NCBI GenBank assembly: GCA_036504515.1
Contig: DASXVA010000007.1
Location: forward strand, 100,031 to 164,030
Source: Rhodocyclaceae bacterium
Lineage (GTDB): Bacteria; Pseudomonadota; Gammaproteobacteria; Burkholderiales; Rhodocyclaceae
DNA: 64,000 bases
Direction of reading: 5' to 3'
Within the stretch, counting starts at the first letter, position 1. The number at the start of each line of letters is the position of its first letter. Shown here one piece after another: positions 39,611 through 48,892 of this stretch. A program made the translations under genes and the position numbers. The notes beneath the pieces are model-generated. The model was not told the origin of the DNA and did not search any database. It saw nothing but the letters and a program-made list of their open reading frames with translations.

Positions 39611-40823
39611 ACGCAGAATCGCGATCTTCACCGGTAATCGTGCCGAATACGGCTTGCAATATCCAATCCTCAAGGCGGTAGATGAGCATCCCGCGCTCGA
39701 TTACCTCCTGCTCGTCTCTGGCGCCCACCTCGACAACAACTTCGGACGCACGCTCGAGGAGATCCGCAACGACGGCTTTCGCATCGAGGCCGAGGTCAAG
39801 ATCGAGATGAATGCCGATTCGCGCATCGCCACCGCGAAAGCTATCGGCGAGGGAGTGCTGTCGATTAGCCGGGTACTCGAGCAGACGCAGCCGGATATAT
39901 TCGTCGTCTATGCTGATCGTTTCGAGGGTTTCGCCGCAGTGATCGCTGCCAGCCAGATGAATATCCCGACTGCGCATATCGAGGGAGGGGACCTGACTGA
40001 GGGGGGTGCGCTTGATGACTCGGTCAGGCACGCGATGACCAAATTGTCGCACCTGCACTTCACCACCAACCAGCAAGCGACCAACCGCTTGCTGGCGATG
40101 GGTGAGGAATCCTGGCGCGTGCACACCGTAGGCTTCCCGGCTATCGACCTGATCTCCGCTGGGATGTACGCCAAGCCGGCAGAAGTCGTCGCTCGTCTCG
40201 GCCTCGACCTGGCGCGGCCGATAGTGCTATTCACCCAACATTCGGTGACCACTGAATTCCAGTGGGCTGCCGAACAGGTCCGCCCATCGTTGGAGGCGAT
40301 GGAGGAACTGGCACGAAACGGCGTACAGGTCATCCTGACCTACCCGAATAACGATGCCGGTGGGCGGGCGATCATTGCCGAGCTGAATGCCATTGGCCAG
40401 AGTGGCATCGGGGGGATTCAGGTGCATCGCTCCCTTGGACGCCATCTCTACCATGGAGTCCTTGCCTTGGCGAAGGACTCCGCTATCCGTATTGCATGTA
40501 TGGGGAATTCATCGTCGGGCATAAAGGAAACGCCGGCGTTCGGTTGCCCGACGGTGAATATCGGCTCACGTCAAGAGGGCCGCATGCGCGGCGACAACGT
40601 GATAGATGTCGGATACGATAAGGCCAGCATACTGAAGGCTGCGTTGCGCTGTCTCAATGACGACGAATTCCGCGCTCTCTGCCGCAATGCGGAGAATCCA
40701 TATTACCTTGGCGATGCGGGTGAGAAGATTGCGGCAGTTCTCGCCGAGGTTCCGCTCGACCAGAAGCTGATTCGCAAAGCGATGACGCTGCAAGGCAAGG
40801 CCAAGGATGGATGGTATTGTTGA
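39600..40823 (+). CDS. neuC: Hydrolysing NDP-N-acetylhexosamine 2-epimerase (NeuC/LegG-like)
   Basis: RRIAIFTGNRAEYGLQYPIL, HIEGGDLTEGGALDDSVRHAMTKLSHLHF and GNSSSGIKETP motifs. Confidence 0.85.
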   Translation: MGGKRRIAIFTGNRAEYGLQYPILKAVDEHPALDYLLLVSGAHLDNNFGRTLEEIRNDGFRIEAEVKIEMNADSRIATAKAIGEGVLSISRVLEQTQPDIFVVYADRFEGFAAVIAASQMNIPTAHIEGGDLTEGGALDDSVRHAMTKLSHLHFTTNQQATNRLLAMGEESWRVHTVGFPAIDLISAGMYAKPAEVVARLGLDLARPIVLFTQHSVTTEFQWAAEQVRPSLEAMEELARNGVQVILTYPNNDAGGRAIIAELNAIGQSGIGGIQVHRSLGRHLYHGVLALAKDSAIRIACMGNSSSGIKETPAFGCPTVNIGSRQEGRMRGDNVIDVGYDKASILKAALRCLNDDEFRALCRNAENPYYLGDAGEKIAAVLAEVPLDQKLIRKAMTLQGKAKDGWYC

Positions 40824-40848
40824 ACCGGCTTGGTTCAGGCGAGGATCT

Positions 40849-41925
40849 ATGACCGACGCAAGAGATACCCCGGCAGACTTGTGGAAAGCCACCTTACTGG
40901 CGGATACTGCCACCGTCGGCGAGGCCATACGAAATCTCGAGGATTCGCAGCAACAGATTGTGCTCGTGCTCGCGACTGATGGGTCGCTCGCAGGGACGAT
41001 CACAGATGGCGACATTCGCAGGGGCCTGCTGCGTGGGTTTGATCTAAGCAGCTCGATAGGCGGTCTGATACATCGCAATCCGCTCGTCGTGCCACCGGAT
41101 CTCGACCTCGAATTCGCCATTCGCATCATGCAGGCAAACGATATTCGCCAGATTCCCGTGGTCAATGACCAACGAATGGTCGTCGGCCTGCACACGATGA
41201 AGATGAAACACGCGCCTGCCCTGAAGCCCAACGTCATGGTGATCATGGCTGGTGGGCAGGGCAAGCGCCTGCGCCCGTACACGGAGAATTGCCCCAAACC
41301 GATGCTGCTGGTGGCCGGCAAGCCCATGCTTGAGCACATCATCGAGAGGGCGATCAGCGAGAATTTCCGTCGCTTCATCATCTCAACCCATTACCTCGGT
41401 CATATGATCGAAGAATATTTCGGCGACGGATCGCGCTTTGACGTGGATATTTGCTACCTCCGTGAAGAGGCCCCACTGGGGACTGCTGGCGCCCTCGGAT
41501 TGATGGACCCGCGCCCAGAATTACCAATTCTAGTGACAAACGGCGATGTGCTTTGCGACATATCTTATGGCGATTTACTCGATTTCCATAATCGTCACAA
41601 GGCGATGGCAACCATGGCGGTGCGTATCCATGAATGGCAACATCCCTTTGGCGTAGTCAACATCGACGGGGTGGATATAGTCGGTTTCGAGGAAAAGCCG
41701 ATCTCGCGTAGCCACATCAATGCCGGCGTGTACGTTCTGATGCCCGAGGCGCTTGATGAAATGGTCGCCGGGGATTACTGTGACATGCCCACGTTGTTCG
41801 CATTATTACAGGACAAAGGGGCGCGTACCATCGCTTATCCAATGCATGAGCCTTGGTTGGACGTCGGGCGTGCTGACGACCTCGTCCATGCACGAGCAAA
41901 CCTCGAGGCGGCTAAGAGCCAATGA
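40849..41925 (+). CDS. CBS-pair plus nucleotidyltransferase fusion (PtmE/LgaF-like sugar-1-phosphate nucleotidyltransferase)
   Basis: N-terminal tandem CBS region (GTITDGDIRRGLL, IRQIPVVND), then MAGGQGKRLRPYTENCPKPML NTP-transferase loop. Confidence 0.8.
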   Translation: MTDARDTPADLWKATLLADTATVGEAIRNLEDSQQQIVLVLATDGSLAGTITDGDIRRGLLRGFDLSSSIGGLIHRNPLVVPPDLDLEFAIRIMQANDIRQIPVVNDQRMVVGLHTMKMKHAPALKPNVMVIMAGGQGKRLRPYTENCPKPMLLVAGKPMLEHIIERAISENFRRFIISTHYLGHMIEEYFGDGSRFDVDICYLREEAPLGTAGALGLMDPRPELPILVTNGDVLCDISYGDLLDFHNRHKAMATMAVRIHEWQHPFGVVNIDGVDIVGFEEKPISRSHINAGVYVLMPEALDEMVAGDYCDMPTLFALLQDKGARTIAYPMHEPWLDVGRADDLVHARANLEAAKSQ

Positions 41926-42686
41926 GCGTTAGCAGTCGGCCTGCCGAGTCACACAATGGTAAGATAACGAGTTCAGCATTGATCCTGACGAGCAACGCGC
42001 CGCGTCATGTCTATTTCGCTAATCGACTGGCTGGCCAATTCGACGTCAAAGGCATTATTTCGGAACCGAAGTTCGACTATTTCGCTAAGCAACGCGAGGA
42101 AAGCGAACTAGTCAGGCAGCATTTCGATCGCCTCACCCGCTACGAGAAGCAGTATCTCGGCGAGTTCGCCACTTTCCCCGACTGCCCGATTCTACGCATC
42201 GATAAGCAACGGATCAACGAAGCCGAAACTCTGGAATGGGCGCTCGACAAGCAGGTCGACGTCGTGCTCCTGTTCGGCACCGGGATCCTCGGCGAGGGCT
42301 GGCTGTCGGCGTTCGAGGAGCGAATCGTGAACCTGCATCTGGGCTATTCGCCGAGGTATCGCGGTGCGGCGACGCTGTTCTGGCCCTTCGTCCATAACGA
42401 AATCAAGTTCGTCGGTGCCACCATCCATCTGGCCGAGGCTAGTGTTGATGGCGGGGCAATATTGAAAATAGTTACGCCGGACGTCGGACCGGGTGACAAC
42501 TACTACGATATTAACTACAAGACGATCAAGAAAGCGGCGGATGAGATGAGCAGCATCGTGAATGGCTACCTTAATGGCAGCCTGCGCGCCGAGAAGCAGG
42601 ACAAAGGGGAGCAGAAATACCTTTATCGCAAGGCCGATTTCAACGCGGAGGTCCTCGCCAAGGTACTGGATCGCTATGGTTACTGA
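41922..42686 (+). CDS. Formyltransferase-fold protein (N-domain only)
   Basis: VDVVLLFGTGILGEGWL...IVNLHLGYSPRYRGAATLFW...GATIHLAEASVDGGAIL resembles the HxSLLPxxRG / D-containing formyl_trans_N core. Confidence 0.65.
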   Translation: MSVSSRPAESHNGKITSSALILTSNAPRHVYFANRLAGQFDVKGIISEPKFDYFAKQREESELVRQHFDRLTRYEKQYLGEFATFPDCPILRIDKQRINEAETLEWALDKQVDVVLLFGTGILGEGWLSAFEERIVNLHLGYSPRYRGAATLFWPFVHNEIKFVGATIHLAEASVDGGAILKIVTPDVGPGDNYYDINYKTIKKAADEMSSIVNGYLNGSLRAEKQDKGEQKYLYRKADFNAEVLAKVLDRYGY

Positions 42687-43635
42687 ACTGCTGATCGTCA
42701 ATTACCACTATATTCGCGAGCAGGCGCCGGTGCGTGGCATCTATAACGTCACCCCCGAGTTTTTTGCCGGCCAGCTCGACGCCATCCATGGCAATGGCTT
42801 CAACTTCATCGCCCTTGAGGATATCCATCGCGCGATGCGCACCCGTTCGCTGGTGGGCTTGCCGTCCAAAGCATGCCTGGTAACCTTCGATGACGGGTTA
42901 CGCGAATCCTATGAGCTGGGTCTCTCGATCATGGATCGCATGGGCATACCTGGCGCGTTTTACCTGTCCAGCCTGACCCTCGACCGGCAGGTTGTCCTCG
43001 ACGTGCACAAGTTCCACCACGTCCAAGCTTTCCTCAGCAATGACGACATACTCGGGCTGATCCCGCAGTCGATACGGCAACGACTCGATGCGGTGGACCG
43101 CGAAGTCATCGCTGCTCAGTACACCTGGGATGACTACGAGACCGGGCGGCTCAAGTACCTGTTTAATTTTCTCCTTGGTGCAGCTGAGAAGGATGAACTG
43201 ATCAGCCAGCTCTTCGCCCTGTGCGTCGATGTCGAGGCCGATTTTGCCGCTGACCTGTACATGACAGAGAAACAGGTTGACGAGTTGTCCCGGCGCGGCT
43301 ACCTCGGCTCGCATGGTCGCATGCACCTGCCGCTCGCCACGCTGCCCAGGGCCCAGATCGCAGACGAGGTCGCCGGATCGAAGAACGCCATCACGGCGTT
43401 TTGCGGGCGTACGGTGGACGCCATCTCGTACCCATATGGCGGCGAGACTGCGATCAGTAATGACGTCATCTGCGAGGCGGCGCGCAACGGCTTCGTCTCA
43501 GGCGTGACCATGATTCGAGGCATGAATGCCGGTTCGGAAATCATCGATAACCCGCTGCGCCTGCGTCGGTTTGATACCAATGACGTATTTGGCGGTAAAA
43601 GTGAGCATATGTACAAGAGGTATTTCCATGAGTGA
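42676..43635 (+). CDS. Polysaccharide deacetylase (NodB homology/CE4 family)
   Basis: The ATG at 42676 overlaps the upstream stop. LVTFDDGLRESYE (motif 1 with DD), HGRMH, and YPYGG late motif. Confidence 0.78.
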   Translation: MVTELLIVNYHYIREQAPVRGIYNVTPEFFAGQLDAIHGNGFNFIALEDIHRAMRTRSLVGLPSKACLVTFDDGLRESYELGLSIMDRMGIPGAFYLSSLTLDRQVVLDVHKFHHVQAFLSNDDILGLIPQSIRQRLDAVDREVIAAQYTWDDYETGRLKYLFNFLLGAAEKDELISQLFALCVDVEADFAADLYMTEKQVDELSRRGYLGSHGRMHLPLATLPRAQIADEVAGSKNAITAFCGRTVDAISYPYGGETAISNDVICEAARNGFVSGVTMIRGMNAGSEIIDNPLRLRRFDTNDVFGGKSEHMYKRYFHE

Positions 43636-44851
43636 CATTCACGAGACGTATTACGGCCTACCGCGCGAAGTCAAGTTCTGCAAGAAATGTGTGATCTCGA
43701 ACCAGCGCCCGAGCTCGACGGTCGAGTTCAAGAACACCAACCTGAAGAAGGAAACCATCGCCTTTGACGAAGAGGGTGTCTGCGACGCCTGTCGTTACAA
43801 CGAGATCAAGGATCAAACCGACTGGAAGGGGCGCGAGGAGATGTTGTTCCAGTTTCTCGAGAAGTACCGCAGCAAGGATGGTTCTTATGACTGCATTGTG
43901 CCGAGCAGCGGCGGCAAGGACAGCTCCTTCACCGCCCACAAGCTGAAGTACAAGTACGGCATGAACCCGCTGACCGTTACCTGGGCGCCGAACATGTTCA
44001 CCGAGGTGGGCTGGAACAATGTCCAGGGTCTGATCAATGTCGGCGGCATCGACAACATGCTCTATTCGCCGAACGGCCAGCTCCATCGCTTGCTGACTAG
44101 GCTGGCGTTCCTGAACCTCGGCCATCCCTTCCAGCCGTTTATCCATGGCCAGAAAATCATCGGCCCGAAGCTCGCTCACCACTTCAAGATTCCCCTGATC
44201 ATCTACGGCGAGAATCAGGCCGAGTATGGCAACAAGATCAGCGACAACAGCAAGATCACGATGGACCACGACTTCTTCACCACCGATGATCCGCAGTCCA
44301 TGCTGATGGGTGGCGTCGCTGTGCGGGATATCGTCAAACGCTTTGACATAGATTTCAAGAATTTCAATGCTTACGTGCCGCTCACCAGGAAACAGGTCCA
44401 GGAGAGCAACATCACCAAGATCTATCTGGGATATTTCGAGCGCTGGGACCCGCAGGAGTGCTACTACTACGCGATCGAGAACACTGGGTTCCGTGCTGCG
44501 AACGAGCGTTCCGACGGCACGTATTCGAAATACACCGAGATTGACGACCGAATTGTCCCCTTTCACTTCTATACCACGCTGATCAAGTTTGGCATCGGTC
44601 GCGCTACCTATGACGCAGCCCAGGAGATCCGCAACAACAAGATCACGCGCGAGGAAGGTGTGGCCCTGGTTAACCGCTACGACACAGAATTTCCGGCCAC
44701 CTATTTCAAGGATTTCATTGAATACATTGGGATCTCGGAAGACGAGTTTTACTCTGCCATTGACGGCTTCCGTTCTCCCCACTTGTGGAAGCGCATCGGG
44801 GCAGAATGGAAGCTGCGCCACAACGTCGCACGGAATGGCTGCGATGACTAA
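43628..44851 (+). CDS. N-acetyl sugar amidotransferase (WbuX/WbpG/PseA family)
   Basis: CKKCVISNQRPSS...GVCDACRY zinc-ribbon-like N-terminus and PP-loop SSGGKDS. It is followed by HisF/HisH paralogs, as in known acetamidino loci. Confidence 0.85.
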   Translation: MSDIHETYYGLPREVKFCKKCVISNQRPSSTVEFKNTNLKKETIAFDEEGVCDACRYNEIKDQTDWKGREEMLFQFLEKYRSKDGSYDCIVPSSGGKDSSFTAHKLKYKYGMNPLTVTWAPNMFTEVGWNNVQGLINVGGIDNMLYSPNGQLHRLLTRLAFLNLGHPFQPFIHGQKIIGPKLAHHFKIPLIIYGENQAEYGNKISDNSKITMDHDFFTTDDPQSMLMGGVAVRDIVKRFDIDFKNFNAYVPLTRKQVQESNITKIYLGYFERWDPQECYYYAIENTGFRAANERSDGTYSKYTEIDDRIVPFHFYTTLIKFGIGRATYDAAQEIRNNKITREEGVALVNRYDTEFPATYFKDFIEYIGISEDEFYSAIDGFRSPHLWKRIGAEWKLRHNVARNGCDD

Positions 44852-44872
44852 AGTAACGTTCACTACGGGAGC

Positions 44873-45646
44873 TTGCTGATGTCGCGCACCCGTCTGATCT
44901 CCCGCATGGACATCAAGGGGGCGAACCTCATCAAGGGAGTTCATCTCGAAGGGCTACGCGTAATCGGCAGCCCCGGCGAGCATGCGCTGCGCTACTACCA
45001 GCAGGGCGTGGACGAGATTGTCTACATGGATTGTGTGGCCAGCCTCTACGGGCGTAACAGTCTCAGCAACATCGTCGAGATGGCTGTGCGTGACGTATTC
45101 ATTCCGATTACGGTGGGCGGCGGCATTCGCTCGGTGGATGATGCGCGCCATATCTTGCGCTCGGGTGCGGACAAGGTCGCGGTGAATACCGCGGCGGTGG
45201 CCAATCCGCAACTAATCAGCGAAATCGCCCGCCGTTTCGGCAGCCAGTGCATGGTGTTGTCGATCGAGGCCAAGCGCGCGGGTGAGGGCTGGCAAGTTTA
45301 TACCGATAACGGGCGCGAGAAGACCGGCCTTGATGTCGTGGAGTGGGCGCGCAAGGGCGTTGAACTTGGCGCCGGGGAAATCCTGCTGACATCGGTAGAC
45401 CAGGAAGGAACGCGCAAGGGTTTTGACATCAAACTCGTTCGCGCAGTGGCCGAAGCGGTATCCGTTCCTGTGATCGCGAGCGGTGGGATGGGCAAGGCCG
45501 ATGATGCTGTTGCAGTGGTCACAGAGGGGGGCGCCGATGCAGTGGCGATAGCGGACCTACTGCACTACAAGCGCTCTACGGTCGGCGATGTCCGTCATGC
45601 CCTGATGCAGGCGGGATTGGGAGTACGTAACTTTGAAACCAGCTAA
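44873..45646 (+). CDS. Imidazole glycerol phosphate synthase cyclase-subunit paralog (HisF2/WbuZ-like)
   Basis: [20 protein letters not shown] and SGGMG motifs. It sits in the glycan locus next to the amidotransferase, not in the his operon. Confidence 0.85.
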   Translation: MLMSRTRLISRMDIKGANLIKGVHLEGLRVIGSPGEHALRYYQQGVDEIVYMDCVASLYGRNSLSNIVEMAVRDVFIPITVGGGIRSVDDARHILRSGADKVAVNTAAVANPQLISEIARRFGSQCMVLSIEAKRAGEGWQVYTDNGREKTGLDVVEWARKGVELGAGEILLTSVDQEGTRKGFDIKLVRAVAEAVSVPVIASGGMGKADDAVAVVTEGGADAVAIADLLHYKRSTVGDVRHALMQAGLGVRNFETS

Positions 45647-46280
45647 GGTTGTCGTCGTCGACTACGGTATGGGCAACCTGCTCAGCGTGCGGCGCGCACT
45701 CGAGCATGTTGGCGCCGAGGTCGAGCAGTGCGCGGATCCCGATGCGTTGGGCTTGGCGCCGAAGATCATTCTGCCTGGCGTGGGCGCTTTTGCTGATGGC
45801 ATGGCGGAACTTCGTCGCCTAGGCCTCGATGTGGCCCTGCGTGAGGCCGCACAAAGGCGCACGCCGATCATGGGGATTTGCCTCGGTATGCAAATGTTAT
45901 TCGACAGCAGCGAGGAGTTCGGCCATTCGGCCGGCCTCGGCCTGATTCCCGGGCGTGTCGTCGGCATCCCGCGTGTCGGCGAGAACGGTGTTCCGCGCAA
46001 GATCCCGCATATCGGCTGGAATGACCTCGTCCTTGCCGGCGGACGCCAGAGCTGGTGCGGCAGCCTGCTCGAAGCGGTAGCGGAGGGCAGCAGTGTGTAT
46101 TTCGTCCACTCATTTATGGCTGTGCCTAACGATCCGGCCGACTGCCTGGCCAACTGCCTGTATGAAGGACAGGCGGTGACCGCGGCGGTCGCGCATGAAA
46201 ATGTTTCGGGATGCCAATTTCATCCCGAGAAGAGCGGTCAGGTCGGCTTGTCGGTGATGCGTCAGTTCCTCGCCATATGA
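45633..46280 (+). CDS. Glutamine amidotransferase subunit paralog (HisH2/WbuY-like)
   Basis: VDYGMGNLLSV, GICLGMQML nucleophile and FHPEKS triad end. Overlaps the upstream gene. Confidence 0.85.
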   Translation: MKPAKVVVVDYGMGNLLSVRRALEHVGAEVEQCADPDALGLAPKIILPGVGAFADGMAELRRLGLDVALREAAQRRTPIMGICLGMQMLFDSSEEFGHSAGLGLIPGRVVGIPRVGENGVPRKIPHIGWNDLVLAGGRQSWCGSLLEAVAEGSSVYFVHSFMAVPNDPADCLANCLYEGQAVTAAVAHENVSGCQFHPEKSGQVGLSVMRQFLAI

Positions 46281-46981
46281 GAATCCTCGCCGTCATTACC
46301 GCTCGCGGCGGTTCGAAGCGCCTGCCGGGGAAGAATATCCGGCCGCTCAGCGGGCGGCCGCTGATTGCCTGGTCCATCGATGCCGCACGGGGCCTGCCGG
46401 ATATTTGCGACATCCTGGTGAGCACCGATGATGCGAAAATTGCGCAGGAAGCCCGCACGGTAGGGGCCAGCGTGCCGTGGCTGCGGCCGGCGGAGTTGTC
46501 CGGCGACACCGCCAGTTCGGTAGATGTCTGCCTCCATGCCCTCGACTGGTATGAGCGCGAACATGGCGCGGTGGATGGCCTTCTGCTGCTTCAGCCGACT
46601 TCGCCGTTTCGCCGTAAGGCGACCATTGCCCGCGGTCTTGCCATATTCGCGCCGCTGCCACATCGGCCGGTCGTGTCAGTTTCGCCTGCCGCTTCGCATC
46701 CCCTGTGGTGCTATCACGTCGCGGACGATGTGATGACTCCGTACATCGCCAGGGCGGGCGAAGCGATCCGCTCGCAGGATCTGCCGCCGGCGCATGTGCT
46801 GAATGGTGCGCTGTACTTGATCCGGCCAGATCAGTTGCGCATGACCCGTACATTCTGCCCGCCGGACGTTCAGCCCCTTGTCATGGAAACACCTTGGGAG
46901 GGGCTCGACATCGACACACCGTGGGACTGGTTCGTGGCAAAACGAATCGCCGAAAATATGAGCGAGGTAATTGATTTGTGA
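46277..46981 (+). CDS. neuA: CMP-nonulosonic acid synthetase (NeuA/LegF-like acylneuraminate cytidylyltransferase)
   Basis: MRILAVITARGGSKRLPGKNIRPL N-terminus. ATGA overlap with the upstream stop. Confidence 0.85.
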   Translation: MRILAVITARGGSKRLPGKNIRPLSGRPLIAWSIDAARGLPDICDILVSTDDAKIAQEARTVGASVPWLRPAELSGDTASSVDVCLHALDWYEREHGAVDGLLLLQPTSPFRRKATIARGLAIFAPLPHRPVVSVSPAASHPLWCYHVADDVMTPYIARAGEAIRSQDLPPAHVLNGALYLIRPDQLRMTRTFCPPDVQPLVMETPWEGLDIDTPWDWFVAKRIAENMSEVIDL

Positions 46982-47066
46982 CGAAGGAGCGCTTTACAAC
47001 CCTTCACGCTAGCGTTTGGGAACGATTGTCAGGGATGTCCGTGCTCCAGCTCCAGGCGAATTCAAA

Positions 47067-48872
47067 ATGATGCTTTTGCGCAAACTTGGATTTGTCGTTG
47101 GCCGTAAACACCGGTCGGCCTATCTGAGGCTGCTGCTGCTGTTGCTGGCTGGCGCCCTGTTCGAGGCCTTGGGTGTGGGTGGAGTGCTACCCTTCTTGGC
47201 TGCGCTTTCCGATGCCGAAAAAATCCTGGCGAACCCGCACGTTGTGCGCTTGCTGGACTTGCTCGAGCTGTCGCGCACCACGGACGTCCTGGTGCAGTTG
47301 ACTGGCCTTGCAATGGTCGGCCTGATGGTCATGAAGGGGCTGGTTGCATTCTGGGCGAGCCGCAGCCAGGTTGCGCTCTTGTTCAAAGAACGCGCCCGGA
47401 TCACGCAGCAGCTGTTCGGCCACTACATGCTCATTCCTTATTCGCAGCACTTGAACAAGAACATGGCTGAAGTGATCCACTTGGCCACGGGCGTCTCGAC
47501 AACCTTTACCACGGTATACATGGCCGCGCTGCTGACAATCGTTACCGAAACAATGGTCAGTCTGGCGCTACTTGCCATGCTCATGCTGATCAATGCCTGG
47601 GCGGTATTCGTAGTCGGCGTGCTTACGGTGCTGGTGGGATGGACCTACATGGCGCTGACCAGGGCCCGTTCGCGTCGGCTGGGGGAGCAGCAGCACCGGG
47701 TCGTGATCGCGACCAACAAGTGCCTGATCGAGGGATTGAGCGCCCTCAAGGAAGTACGTGTCTACGGTGCCGCGTCGCATTTCCTGTCCAGGCTTGAAAA
47801 ACTGAACCACGCCTACACTGCGGTAAGCACGAGCACCACGATCTTTAACCAGATGCCCAGACTGATAACTGAAACCGCATTTATGGTGGCAGTGATCGGC
47901 TCGGTGATGTACCTCAGCTACGTTGGGTTCGACCTGAAGCAGGTGATCCCACTGTTGGTAGTGTTTGGCATGGCGTTCATGCGCATAATGCCATCGTTCA
48001 ATCGGATACTGACTGCGTTCACAGTTATGCGTCTCAACGAGTCAGCACTGGACATGCTTTACAGGGAGTTGACCGAAACCGATTACGACACGTCTCCGGA
48101 CGCGCTGATTGCTCGACCGGAGAGGGCAGCATCGTTTGATCGGGCTATTGAACTCAATGACCTGAACTACACCTATCCTGGTGCCCCCGCGCCATCCCTT
48201 GCCGGCATCACTTTGTCTATACGCAAGGGGCAGACGATCGCCCTAGTCGGGAAATCAGGCTCGGGAAAGACCACGCTAATCGACATCCTGTTGGGCCTAC
48301 TGAGGCCGAGTTGCGGCGAGTTGACTATCGATGGGCATGAGGTGATGGATTTGTCCGGGTTGCAAGGTGTAGTCGGCTATATCCCGCAAAGCATCTACCT
48401 GACGGATGACACGCTGCGGCGCAACGTGGCATTTGGTGTGGATGACGACGCTATCGACGAGGAGGCCATCCGTCGTGCCGTTCATGCGGCCCAACTGGAT
48501 GCGTATGTCGATACGTTGCCGGAGGGTCTGGACTCGACAGTCGGTGATCGAGGAGTGAGATTGTCGGGTGGGCAGCGGCAGCGTGTTGGGATCGCCAGGG
48601 CGCTATATCGAGATCCAGCGATCTTGGTGCTGGACGAGGCGACCAGTGCGCTGGATGTGGAAACTGAGGTCGCTGTGACCGATGCAATCCGCGAACTGGG
48701 CAAGCACAAGACCTTGATTGTGGTCGCGCATCGGCTTTCGACTGTGCGGGACTGCGAAGTGTTGTACTTGCTTGAAGAGGGGAAGATCGTGGCCCAAGGC
48801 AGTTATGACGAGCTTGTTCGTCAGAATAAATGGTTTAGCAAAATCTCTGAACTTAATTCCGCCTCTCATTGA
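47067..48872 (+). CDS. Fused TMD-NBD ABC exporter (MsbA-like half transporter)
   Basis: Six-TM N-terminal half, Walker A GKSGSGKTT, signature LSGGQRQR, Walker B LVLDEATSALD. Confidence 0.85.
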   Translation: MMLLRKLGFVVGRKHRSAYLRLLLLLLAGALFEALGVGGVLPFLAALSDAEKILANPHVVRLLDLLELSRTTDVLVQLTGLAMVGLMVMKGLVAFWASRSQVALLFKERARITQQLFGHYMLIPYSQHLNKNMAEVIHLATGVSTTFTTVYMAALLTIVTETMVSLALLAMLMLINAWAVFVVGVLTVLVGWTYMALTRARSRRLGEQQHRVVIATNKCLIEGLSALKEVRVYGAASHFLSRLEKLNHAYTAVSTSTTIFNQMPRLITETAFMVAVIGSVMYLSYVGFDLKQVIPLLVVFGMAFMRIMPSFNRILTAFTVMRLNESALDMLYRELTETDYDTSPDALIARPERAASFDRAIELNDLNYTYPGAPAPSLAGITLSIRKGQTIALVGKSGSGKTTLIDILLGLLRPSCGELTIDGHEVMDLSGLQGVVGYIPQSIYLTDDTLRRNVAFGVDDDAIDEEAIRRAVHAAQLDAYVDTLPEGLDSTVGDRGVRLSGGQRQRVGIARALYRDPAILVLDEATSALDVETEVAVTDAIRELGKHKTLIVVAHRLSTVRDCEVLYLLEEGKIVAQGSYDELVRQNKWFSKISELNSASH

Positions 48873-48892
48873 GACAGCACTTTTTATCTACC

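Noticed and set aside
43658-44944. A 428 aa minus-strand ORF.
   Set aside because: It is antisense to the WbuX/PseA-type amidotransferase gene, which has a clear PP-loop and Cys-rich N-terminus. The antisense product shows no motifs. Shadow ORF.
46073-46084. A second ops-like sequence (AGCGGTAGCGGA, 7 of 8 matches to the GGCGGTAG core) inside the HisH-like gene.
   Set aside because: It has a mismatch in the core, lacks the downstream TG, and lies within coding sequence where the bases are constrained by codons (EAVAEG). A chance occurrence is likely in 64 kb.
44873-46280. hisF/hisH-like genes as the missing part of the histidine operon.
   Set aside because: They are embedded in the glycan operon, translationally coupled to the WbuX-type amidotransferase and to the CMP-sugar synthetase. 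This matches the HisF2/HisH2 (WbuZ/WbuY) paralog context rather than hisBHAFI.
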